DNA of 64,000 bases from the NCBI GenBank assembly GCA_963764715.1, contig CAVXTP010000021.1, positions 96,001-160,000 of the forward strand, in the 5' to 3' direction. Both the position numbers and the translations under genes were made by a program. Source of the DNA: an uncultured Acidobacteriota bacterium (lineage in GTDB: Bacteria; Acidobacteriota; Thermoanaerobaculia; UBA5066; Gp7-AA6). This document shows, piece by piece, positions 1 through 10,002 of this stretch. The notes beneath the pieces are model-generated. The model saw nothing but the letters and a program-made list of their open reading frames with translations. It searched no databases and was not told the DNA's origin. The stretch's first letter is position 1; each line of letters starts with the position of its first letter.

Positions 1-1431
1 CTGGCGCAGGATCTTCGCGACCTTTTCCGCCGACGGCGGATCCAGGTTCGACATCACGACGACGGTGTAGTCCGTGTCGAGGTCCATTTCGAGCACACAG
101 TTGACGCCCGCGGTCCCGCCGGCGACTCCCTTGCCGCCGCGCAACTTCCCGGGCGCGCCGGAGGGCGGGGTCGAGAGGTCGGAGAAGTACCACGCGGTCC
201 ACGCCGGCGAGAGGAGCTTGCCGCTCCGCATCGCGATGTCGAACCGCAGGAGGTCGCCCGCCGTGGAGTAGCCGCCGCCCGCTGAGCTGCCGCGGGCTGG
301 GAGCTCGTAGACGTTGACGCGCGGCTCGGGCAGGCGCTTTCCGGCGGCGTCCTCGGAGGTGTAGCCGACGGCCCGGTTCGCGACCACGGCGTCCTGCATG
401 AAGGAGTCGGAGCTCGTCATCCCGGCCGGCCCGTAGATGTTCTCGCGCACATAGTCGTAGTAGCTGCGGCCCGTGATCCTCTCGATGATCAGCCCGAGCA
501 CGACGTACCCGGCGTTCGAGTAGCGCCGACTCGTGCCGGGCTCGAAGAGCAGCGGGTCCGACGCGAAGAGGCCGAGATAGTCCTGCAGGGTTCGGATCCG
601 GCTCTTCGGCGTCGCGTCGAACTTCTCGCCGAAGAAGTCGCCCAGCCCCGAGGTCATCGTCAGGAGCTGGGCGATCGTGATCCGGTCCGCCGCCGGATTG
701 GGATAGTCCGGCAGGTGCCTGCGGATGGTGTCGGAGAGAGAGAGCCGGCCCTTCCCGGCGAGCTGCCCGATCGCCGTCTGGGTGAACGTCTTGTTGATCG
801 AGCCGAGGTTGAACTTCGTTTCGTTCTGGTTCGGGACCCCGAACGCGCGGTCGGCCAGGCCGTAGGCCTTGTGGAAGAACGGCGTTCCGTTGCGCGCGAG
901 GAGGACGACCCCGGAGAACGCTTCGGAGTCGGCGAGCTGGCGCAGGTGCGCGTCGGCGGCCGCGGCGACCTCGGCGTCCGAGCCCTTGCGGGTCTCGCGC
1001 ACCGCGTCCGGGCCCTCGGTCTGCTCGAACCGCAGGCCGCGGATTCCGTGGGGCGGGGCCGGATCGAGCTGCAGACCGACCTCGAGCCAGTCGCCCGAAG
1101 TCTTCGCGCGCGCGAGGAAGGCCGCCCGGTCGTCGCCCCCGGGGAGCATCTTCTGGAACTCGAGCGGCCCGGTCTGCTTCGCCATGCCGGACAGGCGCTG
1201 CGTTCGCTGGTCGAGGGGGGCTTCCGCGAGAGCCGCCTCGGAGAAGTTCGCCGCGATGAACGCGCGAATCGCGTCGGGCGATCCGGCCTCGAAGGCCTTC
1301 AGCAGCGCCTGGATCCGCCGGCCGGCGGGGGTGTCGGGCGGCGCGGGCCCCTGTGGGGGAGTTGCGGAGGCCGCCGGGGCGAGGCCGAGACACAGAAAGA
1401 CCGCGAGGGCAGACGCGTGGCGAAGTCTCAT
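1..1431 (-). CDS. Secreted serine hydrolase, beta-lactamase/PBP-like family (3' end runs off window)
   Basis: Not in the ORF track; hand translation from ATG at 1431 (GGAGG RBS upstream) gives MRLRHASALAVFLCLG (signal peptide), FSGVVLLA, FNLGSINK (SxxK), LLTMTSG, FEPGTSRRYSNAGY (YxN); no stop before position 1. Confidence 0.9.
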   Translation of the reverse strand, partial: MRLRHASALAVFLCLGLAPAASATPPQGPAPPDTPAGRRIQALLKAFEAGSPDAIRAFIAANFSEAALAEAPLDQRTQRLSGMAKQTGPLEFQKMLPGGDDRAAFLARAKTSGDWLEVGLQLDPAPPHGIRGLRFEQTEGPDAVRETRKGSDAEVAAAADAHLRQLADSEAFSGVVLLARNGTPFFHKAYGLADRAFGVPNQNETKFNLGSINKTFTQTAIGQLAGKGRLSLSDTIRRHLPDYPNPAADRITIAQLLTMTSGLGDFFGEKFDATPKSRIRTLQDYLGLFASDPLLFEPGTSRRYSNAGYVVLGLIIERITGRSYYDYVRENIYGPAGMTSSDSFMQDAVVANRAVGYTSEDAAGKRLPEPRVNVYELPARGSSAGGGYSTAGDLLRFDIAMRSGKLLSPAWTAWYFSDLSTPPSGAPGKLRGGKGVAGGTAGVNCVLEMDLDTDYTVVVMSNLDPPSAEKVAKILRQ

Positions 1432-1440
1432 GCCTCCGTC

Positions 1441-1465
1441 TACGCGCCTGCCCCGCGGAAGTTAC
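1441..1465 (-). promoter_or_regulatory. Candidate ECF-sigma promoter (GTAAC-N16-CGTA)
   Basis: Minus strand GTAAC ttccgcggggcaggcg CGTA directly upstream of the serine hydrolase RBS. Confidence 0.5.
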
Positions 1466-1480
1466 GCTTCCGGCCGGGTC

Positions 1481-2527
1481 CTAAGCCTTCATTTTGGCGA
1501 GGATGTCCTGGATCCGCTTCTTCTGGACCGGATCGGTCGTCATCGCCATCGCCTTGTTGTAGCTCTCGATGGCCGCCTTCTTGTCGCCCTTGGCCGCGAG
1601 GGCCTCGCCGAGACTGTCGTAGACGTTCCAGGAATTGGGGTAGTCCTTGACGTTCTTGCGGAACAGGGCGATCGCCTCGTCGGTCTTCTTCTGGCCGAGG
1701 AGCTGATAGCCGAGCAGGTTGACGTCGACTTCGGTCGCGATCTTCATCGCCTGCGCCCGTAGGTCCTCGGCGGCCTTGACGTCGCCCTTCTTCTCGAGGA
1801 TCGCGGCCTTGGTGCGCAGGTTCACGAACGTCGCCTGCATCCCGATGGAGTGGTCCGCCCACTGCAGCGCCTGGTCGAGGCCGGCGTCGTGCTGGAGCGC
1901 CCACTGGGCCGCCTGGTTCCAGGCCTGCCAGCCGAAGCGGGACAGCCCGCGGAGCTGTTTCTGCAGGCTGTCCATGACGACCGCGTTCGTGTCGACCGTG
2001 ATGGGGAAGGAGACCGCGAGCTTCTCCCACTGCATCACGACGTCGACGGACGTGTCGGTCGGGTTCTCGAAGCGGTACTCGAGGCGTTCTTCGAAGTCGG
2101 CCGGCTTCGGCGTCACCGGGAAGCGGACCACGTCCTCCTTCTCGTCGTAGCTGAAACTGCCCCACGCGGCCGACGTGCTCGAGAGCATCACCGACCAGTC
2201 CTTCTCGGTCGGCAGCATGTGCAGGCCGTACTTTCCGGCCGGGACCTTCTTGCCGCCGATCGTGACGGGGGAGGAGAACTCGATCGTCGTGTTCTCGTTG
2301 GCGCCGGCGCGCCAGGTCTGATTGTAGGGAACGAGGTCCCCCCAGACCGTGCGCTTGTTGACGGCCGGCCGGTGGTAGTCGATCGAGATGTCCGTCAGGC
2401 CCACCACCTGGCTGACGGTGGCCGCCGGACTGGCCTGGGGCGTGTTCAGGGGCGGGAGCTGCGCCAGGGCCGCCCCGGCCGCGGCGAGAAACGCGGTCAG
2501 CGCGAGGGAAAGGGAACGGGTCTTCAT
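1481..2527 (-). CDS. DUF2911-domain protein with C-terminal TPR repeats, secreted
   Basis: Signal peptide; PQASP...QVVGLTDISIDYHRP...WGDLVPYNQTWRAGANENT typical of DUF2911; TPR-like NVYDSLGEAL; strong RBS AAGGAGGAGGT. Confidence 0.85.
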   Translation of the reverse strand: MKTRSLSLALTAFLAAAGAALAQLPPLNTPQASPAATVSQVVGLTDISIDYHRPAVNKRTVWGDLVPYNQTWRAGANENTTIEFSSPVTIGGKKVPAGKYGLHMLPTEKDWSVMLSSTSAAWGSFSYDEKEDVVRFPVTPKPADFEERLEYRFENPTDTSVDVVMQWEKLAVSFPITVDTNAVVMDSLQKQLRGLSRFGWQAWNQAAQWALQHDAGLDQALQWADHSIGMQATFVNLRTKAAILEKKGDVKAAEDLRAQAMKIATEVDVNLLGYQLLGQKKTDEAIALFRKNVKDYPNSWNVYDSLGEALAAKGDKKAAIESYNKAMAMTTDPVQKKRIQDILAKMKA

Positions 2528-2559
2528 CGGGACCTCCTCCTTCGGTGTTCTGGAGGTCC

Positions 2560-2585
2560 TTACGGGGAAGGGGGGCGGGAGTTTA
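2560..2585 (-). promoter_or_regulatory. Candidate ECF-sigma promoter (TAAAC-N16-CGTAA)
   Basis: Minus strand TAAAC tcccgccccccttccc CGTAA upstream of the DUF2911 gene. Confidence 0.5.
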
Positions 2586-2602
2586 TGGGGAGATTGTCGG
2601 AA

Positions 2603-3373
2603 TCAGGCGGCCGAGACCCCGGAGACGTGCGCGGCCTCGGCGTCCGCCCGGCGGGGGGCGCCGTTCTTCAGGGCGCAGAAGAGAAGGTCCGCCCGGCGCC
2701 GGACGCCGTGCTTGACGAGGAGGTTGGAGACGTGGAACTTGGCCGTCCGCTCCGACATGTGGAGCCGGTGCGCGATCTCCTTGTTGGAGAGGTTGTCGAG
2801 CACGGCCTCGAGGACCTGCCGTTCCCGGCGCGTGAGCCCCTCGAAACCCGTGGCGTAGACGCGCAGGGGGACCGTCGAGAGGGCGGAGTCGACGAACCGC
2901 GAGAGCAGCGCGCGGCCGACCCAGAGCCCGCCGTCCGCGACGGTCTGCAGCGCGGTCGTCAGCGAGCGCGCGGCTTCCTCGTAGGTCAGGAGTCCCTTGA
3001 TGCCGAGCCGCAGGAGGCCGAAGGCCAGGTGGTCGGCGAACCTCTCGCCGAGGACGAGGATGCGGGCCGTCGCCTGCCGGGCGTGGATCCCCGTCACGAC
3101 GGCCTCCGTCACCGGGAGCTGCGGATGCGCCTCGACCACGTAGACCGAGGCCCGCGGGACCGAAAGGCTCTCGAAGTCCGGGATGCGATTGGCCTCGAGG
3201 CGCCGGGCGGCCAGGCGAAGGCCGGCGTCCGAGATGAGTCGTTCGAACTCCGGCAGGACCAGCGGATGGCACCAGTAGAGACCGACCGTCGTGGAGCGAT
3301 GAACCGTCACCGTTTTGGAGGGTAACGGATTCTCGTAGGCGAGGGCAACCCAAAATTTCGGGGCTGTCCTCAT
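2603..3373 (-). CDS. NarL/LuxR-family transcriptional regulator with degenerate receiver domain
   Basis: C-terminal LTRRERQVL...SNKEIAHRLHMSERTAKFHVSNLLVK HTH; N-terminal REC-like region. Confidence 0.85.
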   Translation of the reverse strand: MRTAPKFWVALAYENPLPSKTVTVHRSTTVGLYWCHPLVLPEFERLISDAGLRLAARRLEANRIPDFESLSVPRASVYVVEAHPQLPVTEAVVTGIHARQATARILVLGERFADHLAFGLLRLGIKGLLTYEEAARSLTTALQTVADGGLWVGRALLSRFVDSALSTVPLRVYATGFEGLTRRERQVLEAVLDNLSNKEIAHRLHMSERTAKFHVSNLLVKHGVRRRADLLFCALKNGAPRRADAEAAHVSGVSAA

Positions 3374-3380
3374 CCGAGGT

Positions 3381-4361
3381 CTATCCGGTCGCGCCGGCCG
3401 GACGGCGCTTGTCGCGCGCCGGAATCGGCGTCGCGTCCGCGTACACCGCGTGGCACCAGCCGCGGTACTCCGCGCGCTTGCCGCGCACGACGTCGAAGAA
3501 GACTTCGCGCAGCGCCGCGACGATCGGCCCCATGCGGCCCGAGCCGATCGGCCGGTGATCGACGCGCGTGACCGCGGCGATCTGGATGCCCGTGCCGCAG
3601 AAGAACGCTTCGTCGGCGAGGGTGATCTCGGTCCGGTCGATCGTGCGCTCGGCGACCGGGACGCCGAGCACGTCCTTCACGAGCTCGAGGATGGTGCGCC
3701 GCGTGATGCCCTCGAGGACGTTGTCGGTGATGGGCGGCGTGACCAGCGTGCCATTGCGGACGAGGAAGAAGTTCGCGGCCGAGCCCTCCGACACGTGGCC
3801 GTCCTGGTTGAGGACGATCGCCTCGTCGAAGCCGGCGCGCTGGGCGTCGGTCTTGGCGAAGGCGGAGTTGACGTAAGAGCCCGTGATCTTCCCGCGCGCG
3901 GGGATCATGTTGTCGTCGACGCGGCGCCAGGAGGAGATCGTGGCGTGGACGCCCTCCTCGTTGTCGACGTAGCGCCCGTAAGGCATCGCCACGATCGAGA
4001 CCTCGGGGGAGGAGAGGTTGTGGAGCCGGACGCCGATCGACTCGTCTCCGTAGAAGGCGAGCGGGCGGATGTAGCAGTCCTCGCGGAGCAGCTCGGTGCG
4101 CAGCAGGCCGATGAGCGCGTCGGTCAGCTCGGTCGCCGTGTAGGGCAGGGTCATGTCGAGGAGCCGGGCCGACTCGAGGAAGCGCCGGAAGTGGTCGTGC
4201 GGACGGAAGACGAAGAGCTCCTGCTCTTCGGCGTTCCAGTAGCCGCGGATCCCGGCGAAGCAGCCGGTCCCGTAGTTGAGCGCGTGGGTCAGGACGCCGA
4301 CGCGGGCCTCGGCGTACGGGACGATGTGGCCGCGGAAGAAGGCGTGGCGTGGAAGGGCCAT
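3381..4361 (-). CDS. ilvE: Branched-chain amino acid aminotransferase (class IV PLP)
   Basis: HALNYGTGCF, YIRP, GKITGSY, SEGSAANFF, LEGITR, ADEAFFCGTG motifs. Confidence 0.92.
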   Translation of the reverse strand: MALPRHAFFRGHIVPYAEARVGVLTHALNYGTGCFAGIRGYWNAEEQELFVFRPHDHFRRFLESARLLDMTLPYTATELTDALIGLLRTELLREDCYIRPLAFYGDESIGVRLHNLSSPEVSIVAMPYGRYVDNEEGVHATISSWRRVDDNMIPARGKITGSYVNSAFAKTDAQRAGFDEAIVLNQDGHVSEGSAANFFLVRNGTLVTPPITDNVLEGITRRTILELVKDVLGVPVAERTIDRTEITLADEAFFCGTGIQIAAVTRVDHRPIGSGRMGPIVAALREVFFDVVRGKRAEYRGWCHAVYADATPIPARDKRRPAGATG

Positions 4362-4392
4362 CGGAGACCTCCTCAGGGTGCTTGGCGAGCCG

Positions 4393-4491
4393 GTCCACTT
4401 TTCGAGTCCATCTCGGATGTATCATCGAAGTGGACATCAAGATGGACCTCGAGCCGGCGGGAATCAAGAGCCAGATGCCCCGGAAGTGGAC
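4393..4491. promoter_or_regulatory. Candidate MocR operator array (GTCCA/TGGAC boxes)
   Basis: GTCCACTT 4393, GTCCATCT 4406 and their reverse complements AAGTGGAC 4428, AGATGGAC 4440, AAGTGGAC 4484, between divergent ilvE and the MocR gene. Confidence 0.6.
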
Positions 4492-4512
4492 TGGGCCGGG
4501 GAGGTCGTCCGC

Positions 4513-5982
4513 GTGACGCCCCAGGCCTTCGTGGCCGCTCTCGGCCGCTGGACGGAGGGCGCCGGCCCCGTCTATCGCCGCCTGGCGGCGGCCGTCCGCG
4601 CGTCGATCGGCCGCGGAGAGATCCGCGCCGGCGAGCGCCTGCCGTCCGAGCGCGCCCTCGCCGCGCGCCTCGCCGTCTCGCGGACGACCGTCGTGGCGGC
4701 GTACGACGAGCTCCGCAAGGACCGCTGGATCGAGAGCCGCCAGGGAAGCGGCACGCGGGTGCGGGGTGCGGCGCCGCGGCCGCCGGCGCTGCAGCTGCGC
4801 GAGGATCCGTCGGGCTCGTTCCGCCGCCACCCGGTCTGGCGGAGCTTCACGGAGGGGCCCGGCGGGACCATCGAGTTTCTCGGCGCGCACCTTCCGGCGC
4901 CGGACATCCTCGCGCGCGAGGCCTCGCGCATCGACGAGAAGGCGCTGCGCGATCTCGCGCACAGCCCCGGTTACCTTCCGATGGGCCTTCCGGCGCTTCG
5001 CCAGGCGATCGCGCGCCACCTCTCGGCGTCGGGGCTCGAGACCGGCGAGGACCAGGTCCTCGTCACGCACGGCGCCCAGCAGGCGATCGGCCTCGCCGGC
5101 GCGCTGCTCGTCGAGCGCGGCGAGTCGGTCGTCGTCGAGGACCCGACCTACCTCGGCTCGATCGACATCTTCGCCGGCCAGGGCGCGCGCCTCGTGACCG
5201 TCCCGGTCGGGGGCGACGCGGCCTGGGTTGCGCGGCTCAAGGAGACCGTGGCGCGCACGGCGCCGCGGCTCGTGTACCTGATGCCGACCTACCAGAATCC
5301 GACGGGGGCCGTCATGCCGGAGGCGTGCCGCCGCGCGGTCGCCCGGCTCTCCCGCGAGCTGAAGCTGCCGATCGTCGAGGACAACACGCTCGCCGATCTC
5401 TCCCTCGGCGGACGTCCGCCGGCGCCGATCGCGGCCTTCGAACCGGAGGCGCCCGTGCTGACGATCGGGTCGCTGTCGAAGCTCTTCTGGGGCGGCCTTC
5501 GCATCGGCTGGGTCCGCGCGTCGGAGGAGATCCTGCTGCGCATGACGCGTCTCAAGATCATGGCCGATCTCGGCGGATCGCTCATCGGACAGCTCGTCGC
5601 GGTGCGCCTGCTCGCGGAGGCCGAGCGCGTCCGGGCCTCGCGGCGGCGCGAGATGCGCGAGAGGCTCGACCGGCTCACGAAGCTCCTCGGGCGCCACCTG
5701 CCCGACTGGGAGTGGACGGCGCCGGCGGGAGGACTGTCGCTGTGGGTCAAGCTCCCGCGCGGCGACGCAAACACCTTTTCGCAGGTGGCCCTGCGCCACG
5801 GGGTCGCGGTCGTGCCCGGTACCCTCGCTTCACCCGAGGGTGCCTTCGGCGATCGGCTCCGCATGCCGTTCGTGCTCGACGCCGGCCCGATGCGCGAGGG
5901 CGTCGAGCGCCTCGCCCGCGCGTGGGAGGCCTACGCGGGGGGCGAATCCCGCCGGCGTCGCGCGGCGGGCGTTCTGGTTTAG
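4513..5982 (+). CDS. MocR/GabR-family regulator (GntR HTH + PLP aminotransferase domain)
   Basis: LPSERALAARLAVSRTTVVAAYDEL HTH; VTHGAQQA, EDPTY, GSLSKLFWGGLRIGW; GTG start at 4513 chosen for GGAGG RBS. Confidence 0.92.
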   Translation: MTPQAFVAALGRWTEGAGPVYRRLAAAVRASIGRGEIRAGERLPSERALAARLAVSRTTVVAAYDELRKDRWIESRQGSGTRVRGAAPRPPALQLREDPSGSFRRHPVWRSFTEGPGGTIEFLGAHLPAPDILAREASRIDEKALRDLAHSPGYLPMGLPALRQAIARHLSASGLETGEDQVLVTHGAQQAIGLAGALLVERGESVVVEDPTYLGSIDIFAGQGARLVTVPVGGDAAWVARLKETVARTAPRLVYLMPTYQNPTGAVMPEACRRAVARLSRELKLPIVEDNTLADLSLGGRPPAPIAAFEPEAPVLTIGSLSKLFWGGLRIGWVRASEEILLRMTRLKIMADLGGSLIGQLVAVRLLAEAERVRASRRREMRERLDRLTKLLGRHLPDWEWTAPAGGLSLWVKLPRGDANTFSQVALRHGVAVVPGTLASPEGAFGDRLRMPFVLDAGPMREGVERLARAWEAYAGGESRRRRAAGVLV

Positions 5983-5991
5983 CCGTCGCTC

Positions 5992-6146
5992 CGCGAGCGT
6001 CGTGGGTCTGCGCCCGGAGGGCGCACCGGCGCGCGGCTCGCGGACGGCGCTCGACCGCGCACCTGACCCCCGCCGCTCGCTTCGCTCCCGCGGCGCGGAC
6101 CTCCTCCCTCCCTTCGGTCGGGAGACTATCCGCGCCGCGAACTTGA
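5992..6146. repeat. Structured dispersed repeat, copy 1 of 3
   Basis: Aligns by eye with 48651-48814 and 53006-53159; nested inverted repeats; lies between convergent genes. Confidence 0.85.
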
Positions 6147-6174
6147 GGGAGAGTGCCGCTGGGGGCGGGGCGCG

Positions 6175-8103
<1,929 letters not shown>

Positions 8104-8127
8104 TTGATCCCGAGGAGTTCCCGAGAA

Positions 8128-8481
8128 TCATCCCGCCCGGGTCCCGTCCGGGACGGGCCGCTCGGGCACGGCGAGCGCCGGCGGCACGCCGTCGGCATAC
8201 CCGAGGTCGAAGACCATCCCCTCGGACGTCTCGCCCATCATCTTTCGAGGCTCCAGGTTGACGACGAAGAGCGCCTGGCGGCCCACGAGCTCGGCCGGGT
8301 CGGCCCGCTCCTGCTTCATTCCGGCGAGGATGGTCCGGACGTGGTCGCCGAACCCGACGGTCAGCCGCAGGAGGCGGTCGGACTTCGGCACCGCCTCGAC
8401 CTGACGAATCGTTCCGACGCGGATGTCGATCGCCTCGAGCGCGGAGACGGGGACCACGGGCTTGACGGGTGCGGGGGTCAT
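8128..8481 (-). CDS. tRNA-binding OB-fold protein (CsaA/Trbp111-like)
   Basis: C-terminal part of ORF 8128..9921: DIRVGTI...SDRLLRLTVGFG...VNLEPRKMMGETSEGM; ATG overlaps upstream stop (ATGA). Confidence 0.85.
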   Translation of the reverse strand: MTPAPVKPVVPVSALEAIDIRVGTIRQVEAVPKSDRLLRLTVGFGDHVRTILAGMKQERADPAELVGRQALFVVNLEPRKMMGETSEGMVFDLGYADGVPPALAVPERPVPDGTRAG

Positions 8482-9905
8482 GCGTTCTCTCCTTCGGCCG
8501 CGGCGGCCCGGATGTCCTCGAGCGCCTGCTTCATGCGGTCGCGGTGCGTGCGAAACGACAGCACGCAGATTCGGATGGCGAAGCGTCCCTTGAGCTTCGT
8601 GCCGGTGAGGTAGACGCGCCGGCGGCCGTTGATCCGTTCGAGGAGCGCGAGGTTGCGCCGGTCGAGCTCCTCGGCCGTCGCGCCCGGCCACGTCCGCCGG
8701 AACGCGACGATCGAAAGCTGCGGCTCGGCCAGGATCTCGATGCCCGGGACCTCGCGGAGACGCTCGCAGGCCCAGCTTGCGAGCTCCAGCTTTTCCTCGA
8801 GATTGGTCCGAAACGGCCCGGCGCCGTGCATCTTGAGCGGCAGCCAGACGCGCAGGCCCCGGAAGTCTCGCGAGAGCTCCGGCGAGAGCAGGTTGAAGTC
8901 GGTCAGGTCCTCGTCGGCCTGCATCGTCGGCATGTAGTCCGCCGACAGCGCGTGGGCGCGCTTCAACGCCTCGCCGTCGCGGACGAGCAGGGCGCCCGTG
9001 CCGTACGGGAGGAACAGCCCTTTGTGGGGGTCGAGCACGACCGAGTCGGCGCGCTCGATCCCGGCGAGCCGGCGCCGCCCAACTGCGGTCAGCAGGAAGA
9101 ACCCGCCGTAGGCGGCGTCCACGTGGAGCCAGAGACGCTCCCGCGCGGCGAAGGCTGCGAGCGCGGGAAGGTCGTCCACGGCGCCGGTGTTGGTCGTGCC
9201 GGCGTTGCCCACGACGAGGAAGGGCGCGAGGCCCGCCGCGCGGTCCGCGGCGACGGCGGCCGCGAGCGCGTCGAGCCGGATCCGGAAGAGCGCGTCCGTC
9301 TCGATCTCCCGCACGCGATGCTCCGGGAAGCCCGCGAGGATCGCCGCCTTCTGGATCGCGTGGTGGGCCTGGTCCGAGACGTAGATCGTTCCCGGGAGGA
9401 AATCCTCCGGCAGCCGGTCGCGCCGGGCCGCGACGAGCGCGGAGAACGTCGCGAGGGACCCGCCGCTCGTCAGGATTCCCTGCGCCGACCTCGGAAATCC
9501 GGCGAGATCGCAGAACCAGCGCACGACGTTCGACTCGAGCTGCGCGAGCCCCGGCGCTGCCGCGAAGACGCCCACGTAGCGGTTGGTCGCGTCGGCGACC
9601 AGGTCGGCGACGGCGGACTGCGGAAGGCCGCCGCCCGGGATGTAGGCGAGGTAGCCGGGGCCGGCCGTGTTGAAGCTCTTCGGGATCACGCGCTGGAAGA
9701 GGAGATCGAGGAGCTCGCCGGCCGGCGTGCCGATTTCCGGTAGGCCTTCGACGAGCGCCCGCGCCAGCTCCGCGCCGCCCGCGGTGTCGGCCGACGGCTG
9801 GTCGGGCAGCGAGTCGACGTGCGCCACGATGCGCTCGGCGGCCTCGTCGATCAGCCGACGCAGCGCCTCTCCGGTCAGCTCGAGACTTCGATCCTCCCCG
9901 GTCAC
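8478..9905 (-). CDS. PLP-dependent group II decarboxylase (aromatic amino acid decarboxylase-like)
   Basis: GILTSGGSLA, AGTTNTGAVD, WLHVDAAYGG, LDPHK (PLP lysine). Confidence 0.9.
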   Translation of the reverse strand: MTGEDRSLELTGEALRRLIDEAAERIVAHVDSLPDQPSADTAGGAELARALVEGLPEIGTPAGELLDLLFQRVIPKSFNTAGPGYLAYIPGGGLPQSAVADLVADATNRYVGVFAAAPGLAQLESNVVRWFCDLAGFPRSAQGILTSGGSLATFSALVAARRDRLPEDFLPGTIYVSDQAHHAIQKAAILAGFPEHRVREIETDALFRIRLDALAAAVAADRAAGLAPFLVVGNAGTTNTGAVDDLPALAAFAARERLWLHVDAAYGGFFLLTAVGRRRLAGIERADSVVLDPHKGLFLPYGTGALLVRDGEALKRAHALSADYMPTMQADEDLTDFNLLSPELSRDFRGLRVWLPLKMHGAGPFRTNLEEKLELASWACERLREVPGIEILAEPQLSIVAFRRTWPGATAEELDRRNLALLERINGRRRVYLTGTKLKGRFAIRICVLSFRTHRDRMKQALEDIRAAAAEGENA

Positions 9906-10002
9906 GCCGCCATTGAATCATCCTCGCGGGACCTTTTCGTCACAAGGCAGCGCAGGCGCAGACCTCCGCGCAAGCGAAGCGACGGTATATTCGACGACCG
10001 GC

